A stretch of 13,547 bases of DNA from a candidate division WOR-3 bacterium. GTDB taxonomy: Bacteria > Hydrothermota > Hydrothermia > Hydrothermales > Hydrothermaceae. The stretch's first letter is position 1, and every line of letters begins with the position of its first letter. Below, one piece after another: positions 1 through 7,897 of this stretch. The stretch spans positions 10,843-24,389 of the forward strand of contig JBDRZD010000029.1 in NCBI GenBank assembly GCA_039803745.1. The letters are read 5' to 3'. The position numbers were made by a program, and so were the translations under genes. The notes beneath the pieces were generated by a model, which was given only the letters and a program-made list of their open reading frames with translations, ran no database searches and was not told the DNA's origin.

Positions 1-305
1 CCTGTTATATGAATTCCAAAATTACCAAAATCTTTTGTTGGTCTTGCATAACCAAACCACCCCATTGTAGAACCAAGAGGTAAAAGAGCATCTGAAAAAA
101 CAATTTGTTGCGGATTTATATAAGCAAGGCAGGCAGGATTAAAATAAACACTTGACATATCTTCTGTTAAGGCAGAGCCACTTTTTGCAAGCGATAAGAT
201 TCTTGCAGAAACAGGAAAATATTCATAACTCCCCTTAAATCCCCAATTTCCACTCTCAGAATAAACTAAAGAAGCAAAAAGCAAAATTAAAAAAATTCTT
301 TTCAT
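1..305 (-). CDS. PorV/PorQ-family (FadL-like) outer-membrane beta-barrel protein, partial (runs off left edge)
   Basis: Not in the ORF track. Manual translation from ATG at 305: MKRIFLILLFASLVYSESGNWGFKGSYEYFPVSARILSLAKSGSALTEDMSSVYFNPACLA... It has a signal peptide and the 'SAR..SL....A...D....YFNPA.LA' signature of PorV/PorQ/FadL-type barrels. AGGAGG SD lies 5 nt upstream. Confidence 0.8.
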   Translation of the reverse strand, partial: MKRIFLILLFASLVYSESGNWGFKGSYEYFPVSARILSLAKSGSALTEDMSSVYFNPACLAYINPQQIVFSDALLPLGSTMGWFGYARPTKDFGNFGIHIT

Positions 306-310
306 TTCTC

Positions 311-316
311 CCTCCT
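311..316 (-). promoter_or_regulatory. Shine-Dalgarno site of PorV-like gene, overlapping the upstream TAG stop
   Basis: Minus strand reads TAGGAGGGAGAAATG. Confidence 0.75.
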
Positions 317-2000
317 ATCTTATTATACTTATTAATCTTTTTGTTTCAATAATTTCTTCAGCACCGCTTGTTGCCTTCAAAATAGCAATATATGTTCCTG
401 ATGAAACCTTTTTACCTTTTTCATTCCTTCCATCCCATTTAGTTCTATTTACTCCAATAACTCCATTCATCTCTATTTTTTTAATCAAATTTCCAAACAA
501 GTCATAAATATAAATTTTAACGTCCGCTGGTTTTGGTAGATAAAACACAAAATATGTCTCTTCAGAACCTATTTTACCAAAGGGATTTGGATAATTTATG
601 AGTGTATCAGGAACTGCTTTAAGATATGCAACAAATATTTTATCTGTATAATGTTCTCCTGTTCCAAGGTCGTCTGTTATCTTAATTTTTATTTCTTCAG
701 ACATTTGGGTTGTATAAATTACATCACCTTCAAATTTTCCAAGTTCCATCTGGACTACTTGAGGAGTTATTATTCCTGAAGCAGGTTGAAGATTTGATGC
801 ATTTACAGGTGTAAGATAAACAGGATGTGAATGAGGAACTAAACTTCCTTGAGGGTCAACAAATTCAATTTTAAGATGGATTGCATTCCCTGATAAAACT
901 GTATCAGGAGAGACTTCTGATATATATCTTGAACCAACTATTTGAAGAATAACCGACGGACTTTGTCTATTTATATTTTTATCAAGTCCATATACTACAT
1001 ATGCGCCACCTCTAAAAATTGTTGTTCTAAAAGAATCAACTCCATTTATAAGATTTATATAAGAGGGAACTGTATCAATCAAGGTATCTGGTGGATTAAA
1101 TACAAGTATGCCTGTATCATTTACTCCTTTTAGGAAATTATGATATTTATCACATGCAAAAAGTTTCAAATAAAAAGGAATTGCTGAAGGAAGATAAGGA
1201 ATTGTCCCTTTCTTCCCTCTATTTTCGTCACCTGGAAAATGTCTTTCACCTGGCGCAACAAGTAAAAGTTTTTCATAATTTCCTGCAAAAACTTGAAAAG
1301 AAGGAGAAAGGGTATCACCCTTAAAATTTTGGTCATAAGGAATAGAATAAACAAACCTTGAATCAGAAGGTTGGAAAAATTGTGGGGGATATGTTGCTAT
1401 TTTAAATTTTATTTTTACTCTTGTTGAATCTAAAAGTGTTAATGAATCAGGAAAATATTCTGCAACAGAATCATTTGATGAAAAATGAACAGGAAGATTA
1501 CCTGAAACAGGATTATAATATTTATCTGTTAAGATTATTCTAAAATAAAGAGAATCACCTGCATAAATTGGTGTTGGAACATAATTTCCTTTGCCATATC
1601 CCCTTATAAGATTTTGACCTGTATAAAGGATAACAGACTTATATGGAGATAAAGGCGTAAGAGAAAGCATTTCTGATCTTCCTCTTCCAACTGCACATCT
1701 TCCATAAACATAAACATTTCCTGCCCTATATATCCTTAGAGTGTCATTTATAATACTTCCCTTAAAAGCATAAAGATATTGCAAATTTAAAGTTTTATAT
1801 CCCCAATCACCATCAGTACAAAGTTCAATCAATCCATTAAAAGAAGTATCAACCTGACCTGTTGCCTTATTTTTTACATAAATCACAATTCTGTAATAAT
1901 CAGCAATAGAGCCAGAAGCAGGATTTATTATTATATCAAGGGTATCAGGATATTGAGCATAAAGACTGCAAATTAAACCTACAAGAATTAATTTTTTCAT
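315..2000 (-). CDS. Secreted protein with Ig-like repeats and C-terminal FlgD-Ig / T9SS type A sorting-like domain
   Basis: Signal peptide MKKLILVGLICSLYA. C-terminal NYPNPF...VKIYIYDLFGNLIK...WDGRNEKGKKVSSGTYIAIL motif. SD AGGAG upstream of the ATG. Confidence 0.8.
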   Translation of the reverse strand: MKKLILVGLICSLYAQYPDTLDIIINPASGSIADYYRIVIYVKNKATGQVDTSFNGLIELCTDGDWGYKTLNLQYLYAFKGSIINDTLRIYRAGNVYVYGRCAVGRGRSEMLSLTPLSPYKSVILYTGQNLIRGYGKGNYVPTPIYAGDSLYFRIILTDKYYNPVSGNLPVHFSSNDSVAEYFPDSLTLLDSTRVKIKFKIATYPPQFFQPSDSRFVYSIPYDQNFKGDTLSPSFQVFAGNYEKLLLVAPGERHFPGDENRGKKGTIPYLPSAIPFYLKLFACDKYHNFLKGVNDTGILVFNPPDTLIDTVPSYINLINGVDSFRTTIFRGGAYVVYGLDKNINRQSPSVILQIVGSRYISEVSPDTVLSGNAIHLKIEFVDPQGSLVPHSHPVYLTPVNASNLQPASGIITPQVVQMELGKFEGDVIYTTQMSEEIKIKITDDLGTGEHYTDKIFVAYLKAVPDTLINYPNPFGKIGSEETYFVFYLPKPADVKIYIYDLFGNLIKKIEMNGVIGVNRTKWDGRNEKGKKVSSGTYIAILKATSGAEEIIETKRLISIIR

Positions 2001-2002
2001 AT

Positions 2003-2998
2003 TTACTCCTTTATAAATTCAATTTTATTTAAAATATAATTATAATATTTTTTAATACAATTTGTCAACTCTCTTTTTTCAACAGGAGAGGCTCCAAGTT
2101 TTGTAACTTCAATACCTGCTCCTATTGTTGCTAAAACAGCCGAAGAAATTATATCAAGACCAGAAAGATAGGAAAGAGTCAAAAGGGAAATAACGGTATC
2201 ACCTGCACCTGTAACATCATAAACTTCAACCTTATTTGAAGGAACTTTAAATATTTTATTTTTACCATCTATTCCAATCATCCCTTCTTCTCCTATTGTC
2301 ATTATTAAATTCTCACATCTTATTCTATTTTTAATATATTTTATTGCAGAAATCCTATCTTCTTCTTCTCTCAATTTCTTACCCAGTACCTTTTCAGCTT
2401 CTTTTAAATTTGGCTTAAAAATTGTAACGTTTTTATATAAAAAGAAATTTTCAAATTTTGGATCAACAAAAATTGGTTTTTTATTCTTTAATATTTCACT
2501 TATATTTTTTTTTGAAAGGAGTCCTTTTTCATAATCCTGAATCAAAATTCCATCACAAAAATTCTTCAATTCATCGTATTTTTCAAAAAATTCCTTTAAA
2601 TACTTATCCTCTATCCTAAAATTATTCTCCTGGTCAATCCTTATCATCTGCTGATTTTGTGCTATTATCCTTGTTTTAACAACTGTTTTCCAATCAGAGG
2701 GAATTATTAAAAATTTTGTATCTATTTCATTCTCTTTAAGCCTTTCGATTATCTTTTTACCTGCCTCATCATTTCCTATTATTCCAAGAAGAAAAGGGGT
2801 TGCACCGAGTTTTTTAATATTTAAAGCAACATTTGCCGCTCCTCCTAAATTACAAAATTTTCTATTCACCTTAACAACAGGAACAGGTGCTTCTGGAGAA
2901 ATCCTTTCAACTTCACCAAATATATATTCATCAAGAATTACATCACCAATTACTGCTATTTTTAAATTTTTAATTTTTTTGAAAAAGTCATTTAACAT
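2003..2998 (-). CDS. rfaE1: D-glycero-beta-D-manno-heptose-7-phosphate kinase (stand-alone HldE kinase domain, PfkB family)
   Basis: Motifs IGDVILDEYIFGEVERISPEAPVPVV, LGGAANVA, KTRIIAQNQQMIRID and DVTGAGDTV. Confidence 0.93.
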   Translation of the reverse strand: MLNDFFKKIKNLKIAVIGDVILDEYIFGEVERISPEAPVPVVKVNRKFCNLGGAANVALNIKKLGATPFLLGIIGNDEAGKKIIERLKENEIDTKFLIIPSDWKTVVKTRIIAQNQQMIRIDQENNFRIEDKYLKEFFEKYDELKNFCDGILIQDYEKGLLSKKNISEILKNKKPIFVDPKFENFFLYKNVTIFKPNLKEAEKVLGKKLREEEDRISAIKYIKNRIRCENLIMTIGEEGMIGIDGKNKIFKVPSNKVEVYDVTGAGDTVISLLTLSYLSGLDIISSAVLATIGAGIEVTKLGASPVEKRELTNCIKKYYNYILNKIEFIKE

Positions 2999-3464
2999 AA
3001 TATTTTTTTAATCTTCTATAACTTCTTTTTAACTCTTCAGATATAATCTTTGTATTACCTAAAACAGGCATAAAATTTGTATCTCCTTCCCACCTTGGAA
3101 CTATATGAAAATGAATGTGCCCTTCAAAACCTGCTCCTGCTATTTTACCAATATTAACTCCTATATTAAAACCATGAGGGGAATAAACTTTTTTTAAAAC
3201 CTTTATTGCTTCTTTAATAAGTTCCATAATTTCATAAATTTCTTCTTTATTTAAATCACCGAGCTCAGGTACATGCTTATATGGAGCAACCATTAAATGT
3301 CCTGGATTATAGGGAAATGTATTCATTATAACAAAAGAATATTTACCCTTTTTCAAAATAAAATTTTCTTTTTTTCTTTCTGGTTTTATACAGAAAATAC
3401 ATTCATGTCCCTTTTTGAATCCTTCAATATATTTAATTCTCCATGGAGCCCATAGAATTTTCAT
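2988..3464 (-). CDS. HIT-family hydrolase (Ap4A phosphorylase/FHIT-like)
   Basis: LWAPWR..YI, CIFC, NTFPYNPGHLMVAP, GFNIGVNIGKIAGAG and the histidine triad HIHFHIVPRW. Confidence 0.92.
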   Translation of the reverse strand: MKILWAPWRIKYIEGFKKGHECIFCIKPERKKENFILKKGKYSFVIMNTFPYNPGHLMVAPYKHVPELGDLNKEEIYEIMELIKEAIKVLKKVYSPHGFNIGVNIGKIAGAGFEGHIHFHIVPRWEGDTNFMPVLGNTKIISEELKRSYRRLKKYYVK

Positions 3465-3865
3465 CTTCCAGATTTTGCAGTTGCAAAGGCAAGCTGATCA
3501 ACTCTTTTCATTTCTTTTCTTGAGACCTTTTTAATCTCCCATTTAAAATTTTTTAAAAGTTCTTTTGCCTCTTTAAAAAGGGGTATAATTTTATCAGACT
3601 TAACCCTATATTTACCTAAAAGATGGTTTATTACAAGTTCTGAATCAGTTCTTAATTCAATTTCCTTTATACTCATCTCTTTTGCCTTATTTAAGGCATA
3701 AATAAGAGCCTTGTATTCAGAAACATTATTTGTTGATTCACCAATGAATATTCCTTCTTCAAAAAGAACTTCTCCATTTTCTTTCTCAATTATATAAGCA
3801 GCCGCAGAAGGACCTGGATTACCTATTGAAGAACCATCAAAATAAATTATAATTTTCTCATTCAT
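3461..3865 (-). CDS. rnhA: Ribonuclease HI family protein
   Basis: FDGSSIGNPGP, TNNVSEYKAL, TDSELV and VDQLA supply the D-E-D-D catalytic set. ATGA overlap with the HIT gene. Confidence 0.88.
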   Translation of the reverse strand: MNEKIIIYFDGSSIGNPGPSAAAYIIEKENGEVLFEEGIFIGESTNNVSEYKALIYALNKAKEMSIKEIELRTDSELVINHLLGKYRVKSDKIIPLFKEAKELLKNFKWEIKKVSRKEMKRVDQLAFATAKSGR

Positions 3866-4584
3866 AATTCCTCCTCAGGAATATATAAAATTCTTCCACA
3901 ATGCTCGCATATATCAATTCCTCTTGTTTTTCTTAACTTATCAATTTTTTGAGTTGGAACAGATGCATGGCATCCACCACATGCACCATCCTTAACAGGA
4001 ACAACAACCAAAGTTCCCCTTATTTTTCTAATCCTTTCATAGTTTTCAAGATATTCTGATTTTATTCTTTTGGAAATCCTCACCCTCTCATCCTTTCTTA
4101 TTGGGATTTCATCCTTAAGTCTTTTATCCTCTTCCTCAAGTTCCTTTATTCTCTTCTTAAAATCTTCTATTTTTTGGAGACTCTCCTTTTTAAAAATATC
4201 AAAATTTTTCTTTTCAATCTCTATTTTCTCCATAAGATTTAATGTTTCATCTTCAACCTTTTCCTTCTTCTTTTTTGTTTCTTCAATTTCCTTTTCAACT
4301 GCTCTATATTCTTCATTTGTCCTTACTTTTAATTTATCCTGTTCAAATTTAATTATAAGTGCCTCAAGGTCTTCAATTTCATAAAAATAATCTTTTAGTC
4401 TTTTTTCCATAGAAGATATATTTTCTTCACCATTTTTTATTTCCTTTTGAGTTTTTTCTATTTCTTCTTTAAGATTTTTAATCTCTTCAGGAATTTCCTT
4501 TATCCTTTTTTCTATATTAAAGATAAGATTATCCTTTTCCTGAAGCTCCAGCAATTTATAAAGCTCTTCCCTTATATCTTCCAT
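3862..4584 (-). CDS. C4-type zinc-ribbon domain coiled-coil protein (DUF164 / CT398-like)
   Basis: Long coiled coil ending in CGGC...CEHCGRILY. The family is commonly adjacent to RNase HI. Start moved to ATG 4584 (MEDIREEL) because the track's TTG at 4632 is the -35 box of a consensus promoter. Confidence 0.88.
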   Translation of the reverse strand: MEDIREELYKLLELQEKDNLIFNIEKRIKEIPEEIKNLKEEIEKTQKEIKNGEENISSMEKRLKDYFYEIEDLEALIIKFEQDKLKVRTNEEYRAVEKEIEETKKKKEKVEDETLNLMEKIEIEKKNFDIFKKESLQKIEDFKKRIKELEEEDKRLKDEIPIRKDERVRISKRIKSEYLENYERIRKIRGTLVVVPVKDGACGGCHASVPTQKIDKLRKTRGIDICEHCGRILYIPEEEL

Positions 4585-4602
4585 CTCAATTTTAAATTTT
4601 TC

Positions 4603-4632
4603 ATTATAAATTTTATAAATCTTAATTGTCAA
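4603..4632 (-). promoter_or_regulatory. Sigma70-type promoter driving zinc-ribbon -> PorV-like gene run
   Basis: Perfect TTGACA (4632-4627), 18-nt spacer, TATAAT (4608-4603) in the intergenic gap. Confidence 0.75.
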
Positions 4633-4643
4633 ATGAATTGCCT

Positions 4644-6161
4644 TTAATATTGAGGGAAAAAAACAAAATCCTTATGAAAATTTAAGCCTGCTAAAAAATT
4701 AAATTCCTCTTTTTCCCTTTTTATTTCATAGAAACCTGCATAAATTTTAAAATTTTTAAATTTGATATTAAAATCCAGGCCAAATAAACTTCCTGTTCCA
4801 TATAATGGCAAAAGTTCATAATAGGGAAAAAATGTAGAACTATAAAAATATATTCTTGAATAATAATTCTGGGTATTGAAAATTCCATGATTTATTTCAA
4901 AAAATTTGTAATTTAAATTAAAAAATAAACTGTTTCCATAATAAAAATTTTCTTTTTTTGCAATAACATGATTTATTTTTAGGCTCAAAAGGTTATACTT
5001 AAAAGAAAAAGAATATTTATCTCTTTTATAATCTGAAAATGTATTTTTATATTCAAATTTAAAATAAATTTCTCTAACCTTCTTTTCTATTGAAAAATAA
5101 TTTTTATAAGAATAGAAAGTTTCTGAAATTTTTCTGTAAATAAATGTATATCCATAAAATCTTAAAAGGTTTAAATTTATATAAGTAAAAAGGCTTGCTC
5201 CAATTTCATCTCTTGCTGAAAAATTCTGTGAGATAAAAGAAGAATGAATATCATAGTTTTTTTCATCAAGTCTATAAATTAAAAATCCATTTTTTTCTTT
5301 TAAAAATTTAAAAAAATAAGAATTTTTTAAGGGTAAATATTCAATACTTAAATTACCACCTTTAAAAGGAATTGAAAGATCAATAGAAATTTGATAAAAA
5401 TTTTTTTGATTTAAATAAATTTCTTCTGAAAGAAAATTTTTCTCAAAAATAAAAGAAGAAAAAATTCCTTTCTTAAAAAATTTAAAACCAGCCCCTATCT
5501 TATTTTCAAAAAACTTCTCTTTTCCATAAAAAAGTTTTCTTGAAGAAAAATAAAAAGAAAAATTTTTAAAAGAAAAATAAATTCCTCTTAAGCCCCTATT
5601 ATAAGAAGATGAGGGAATATATTTAGAATCAAAGAAAAGGAATTTTTGATAAAAATTGAAGATGCTCTGCGAACCATATATAATACCATTTCCCTTATTT
5701 ATAAAATAATCACCAAGAATTATTTTAAAACTGTTTTTATAAAAGGAATAGGAAGCTCTTAAAATTGAATAAGATTTATAGTTTTTAGAGTATAAAAGAT
5801 TTATTGAATTATTTGGCAACTCAAAGAAAATTTTATTTAAAATCCTTGAATCTTTTTCAAAATATGAGAAAAAATCAAATTTACCCTTCTTTATAGTGAA
5901 ATCAAAATATTTTTCAAAAATGCTATCAGGCAAAAAGATTCCTGTTCTATTTTTAAAGTCCTTTAAATCTTTAAAAAGTCCTTTTTTTCTTTCATTTATT
6001 ATTTTTTCTGCTTCAAAATCTTGAATAAAAGGAAAAGAACAAATCTTTTCAAAATTATCATAATTCGGATTTATCCTCAATTCATTAAAATAAACTTCGC
6101 TTTCCTCTTTTTTTTCTTCTTCATCGAATTGAAATATAAGAAATGCTAAAAGAAAAAACAT
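4644..6161 (-). CDS. Helix-hairpin-helix (ComEA-like) domain protein with probable outer-membrane beta-barrel
   Basis: N-terminal RINPNYDNFEKICSFPFIQDFEAEKIINERKKGLFKDLKDFKNRTGI resembles ComEA HhH. IILGDYFINKGNGIIYG resembles the conserved GDY...G.G motif of Bacteroidota HhH-barrel proteins. The rest is aromatic-rich alternating strands. Start is ATG 6161 or TTG 6164. Confidence 0.6.
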   Translation of the reverse strand: MFFLLAFLIFQFDEEEKKEESEVYFNELRINPNYDNFEKICSFPFIQDFEAEKIINERKKGLFKDLKDFKNRTGIFLPDSIFEKYFDFTIKKGKFDFFSYFEKDSRILNKIFFELPNNSINLLYSKNYKSYSILRASYSFYKNSFKIILGDYFINKGNGIIYGSQSIFNFYQKFLFFDSKYIPSSSYNRGLRGIYFSFKNFSFYFSSRKLFYGKEKFFENKIGAGFKFFKKGIFSSFIFEKNFLSEEIYLNQKNFYQISIDLSIPFKGGNLSIEYLPLKNSYFFKFLKEKNGFLIYRLDEKNYDIHSSFISQNFSARDEIGASLFTYINLNLLRFYGYTFIYRKISETFYSYKNYFSIEKKVREIYFKFEYKNTFSDYKRDKYSFSFKYNLLSLKINHVIAKKENFYYGNSLFFNLNYKFFEINHGIFNTQNYYSRIYFYSSTFFPYYELLPLYGTGSLFGLDFNIKFKNFKIYAGFYEIKREKEEFNFLAGLNFHKDFVFFPQY

Positions 6162-7042
6162 CAATACTCTCTTTCAATAATGAAATCGAATAATTTTTCA
6201 AGAAATTCTCTCTCTTTATTTTCATCAAAATTTTTTATCAAAATATTTTTTGCTTCTTCTTTTAATTTAAATGCCTCTTCCTTTGCTCTTGAAACTCCAT
6301 AAACTTTAACATATGTCATCTTCTTCAAATCCTTTTTAACTTTTTTACCCATTTTTTCCTCATCACCTATTTCATCAAGAATATCATCAACAATTTGAAA
6401 GGCGAGTCCTATTTTAAGTCCTATCTCCTCCAAGCAATCCAGTTTATCAAATTTTTTTGAAAGGATAGCCCCTATTAAGAAAGAAGCCTTAAAAAATTCG
6501 GCAGTCTTTAAAAGATGAATCCTCTTTAAATAATTCTTATCAGGCTTTCTTCTTTCTCCTTCAATATCATAAATTTCTCCACCTATAACACCTTCAGGAC
6601 CTATTGCTTTAATTAATATTTCAAGGGCTTTCATTTTTAAATAAGAAGGTGCTTTACTTTTCAAAAATGTCTCAATTCCATATACAAGCAAAGCATCACC
6701 TGTTAAAATTGCTGTTGCTTCATCAAATTTTTTATGTAAGGTTGGCATTCCCCTTCTTATATCATCATTATCTATTGCAGGAAGATCATCATGAACTAAA
6801 GAAAAAGTATGGATCATTTCAATAGATGCTGCAGGTGGTAATATATAATCTTTATTTTTTCCTCCACAAAGTTTATATGTTGAAACCACTATTATTCCCC
6901 TTATCCTTTTCCCACCAGCCTTTAAAGGATAGGGAATAGATCTTCTCAAAGTTAAGGGAACGATTCTGTCAAATTTTAAAAAATTTAAAATTGCCCTATC
7001 TATTTCCTCTTTTCTTTTCTCAAACTCTTTTAAAAAGTTCAT
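6161..7042 (-). CDS. ispA: Polyprenyl synthetase (geranyltranstransferase / FPP synthase)
   Basis: GGKRIR, first Asp-rich motif SLVHDDLPAIDNDDIRRG, KTA, and second motif FQIVDDILD. Confidence 0.92.
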   Translation of the reverse strand: MNFLKEFEKRKEEIDRAILNFLKFDRIVPLTLRRSIPYPLKAGGKRIRGIIVVSTYKLCGGKNKDYILPPAASIEMIHTFSLVHDDLPAIDNDDIRRGMPTLHKKFDEATAILTGDALLVYGIETFLKSKAPSYLKMKALEILIKAIGPEGVIGGEIYDIEGERRKPDKNYLKRIHLLKTAEFFKASFLIGAILSKKFDKLDCLEEIGLKIGLAFQIVDDILDEIGDEEKMGKKVKKDLKKMTYVKVYGVSRAKEEAFKLKEEAKNILIKNFDENKEREFLEKLFDFIIEREY

Positions 7043-7050
7043 AGTAATTA

Positions 7051-7056
7051 ATTATA
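7051..7056 (-). promoter_or_regulatory. Putative -10 box for ispA (near-leaderless)
   Basis: TATAAT 8 nt upstream of ATG 7042. No SD and no convincing -35. Confidence 0.45.
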
Positions 7057-7074
7057 AGGTAAATATTTTTTAAA

Positions 7075-7104
7075 TTGACAATCCAATTTTTTTTATATTA
7101 AAAT
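7075..7104 (+). promoter_or_regulatory. Sigma70-type promoter for LytR_C-rsfS-argS-ftsE-pdaD operon (leaderless)
   Basis: TTGACA (7075-7080), 18-nt spacer, TAAAAT (7099-7104), 6 nt, then ATG 7111. Confidence 0.7.
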
Positions 7105-7110
7105 TAAAAT

Positions 7111-7536
7111 ATGAAAAAATTTTTATTAAATTTCTTAATATTTCTTTTAATAGGTTTTGTTTTTATTTTCACTTATTCCTTTGTTGAAAGTTTTATTTTG
7201 AAAAAAGAAAATAAGGAAAGAATAGAAAAGAAAAAAATTAGAGTTGAAGTATTAAATGGAACAAAAGTCCCTAAACTTGCACAGAAAGTAACCGCAAGGA
7301 TTAGGGAACTTGGATTTGATGTTATTTATTATGGAAGTTATGATTCAGAAATAAATCAAACATGTATATTTGACAGAAAATATCCTGACCTTTTTGCTGG
7401 CAAAATGCTTGCAAAAGAGATTAGAAATCCAAAAGTTTATTTTGAAGCAGATCCTGATAATCTTGTAGATATAACAGTTGTAATAGGGAAGGATTATAAA
7501 AAATATTTTCCTGAAATTGAAAAAGAGTGGGAATAA
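7111..7536 (+). CDS. Membrane-anchored LytR C-terminal domain protein
   Basis: N-terminal TM helix. IRVEVLNGTKVPKLA...G and DITVVIGKDY are LytR_C signatures. It sits directly upstream of rsfS. Confidence 0.85.
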   Translation: MKKFLLNFLIFLLIGFVFIFTYSFVESFILKKENKERIEKKKIRVEVLNGTKVPKLAQKVTARIRELGFDVIYYGSYDSEINQTCIFDRKYPDLFAGKMLAKEIRNPKVYFEADPDNLVDITVVIGKDYKKYFPEIEKEWE

Positions 7537-7897
7537 AATTCCTGAAATTATAAAGAAAATTTTTAAAATACTTTATGATAAAAAAACAGAAGATCTTTTA
7601 TTAATAGATGTGAGTAAGGTTCTTTCAGGTATATGTGATTATTTTATACTTGCAACAGGTTATACAGAGGATCATTTAAGAGCAACATGCCTTGAAATTG
7701 AGAAAAAGATGAAAGAGGAAGGAATTTCTCCACATCATATTGAAGGTTATGAAAAGGGAACATGGATTTTAATGGATTATTATGATTTTGTAATACATCT
7801 ATTTTTAGAAGAAACAAGAAAATATTATGACCTTGAAAGTCTATGGGGAGACCAAAAAACATATGGAATCAGGGAAATTCTTGAGGAAGGAAATTGA
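7517..7897 (+). CDS. rsfS: Ribosome silencing factor RsfS (Iojap)
   Basis: DKKTEDL..IDV, CDYFILATG, EG....WILMDYYDFVIHLF...RKYYDLESLW. Confidence 0.93.
   Translation: MKKSGNKIPEIIKKIFKILYDKKTEDLLLIDVSKVLSGICDYFILATGYTEDHLRATCLEIEKKMKEEGISPHHIEGYEKGTWILMDYYDFVIHLFLEETRKYYDLESLWGDQKTYGIREILEEGN

Noticed and set aside
942..1354. Small ORFs 942-1133 (+) and 1166-1354 (-)
   Set aside because: They lie inside the 561-aa gene on other frames, with no motifs or RBS; shadow ORFs.
4585..4632. N-terminal extension of zinc-ribbon ORF from TTG 4632
   Set aside because: The TTG is part of the TTGACA -35 box; the family-like sequence starts at ATG 4584.
4070..4647. Plus-strand ORFs 4070-4384 and 4447-4647
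   Set aside because: Ser/Phe-rich antisense shadows of the Glu/Lys-rich coiled-coil gene.
7827..7862. argS start at ATG 7827
   Set aside because: It would overlap rsfS by 71 nt; starts at 7863 or 7881 are more plausible.
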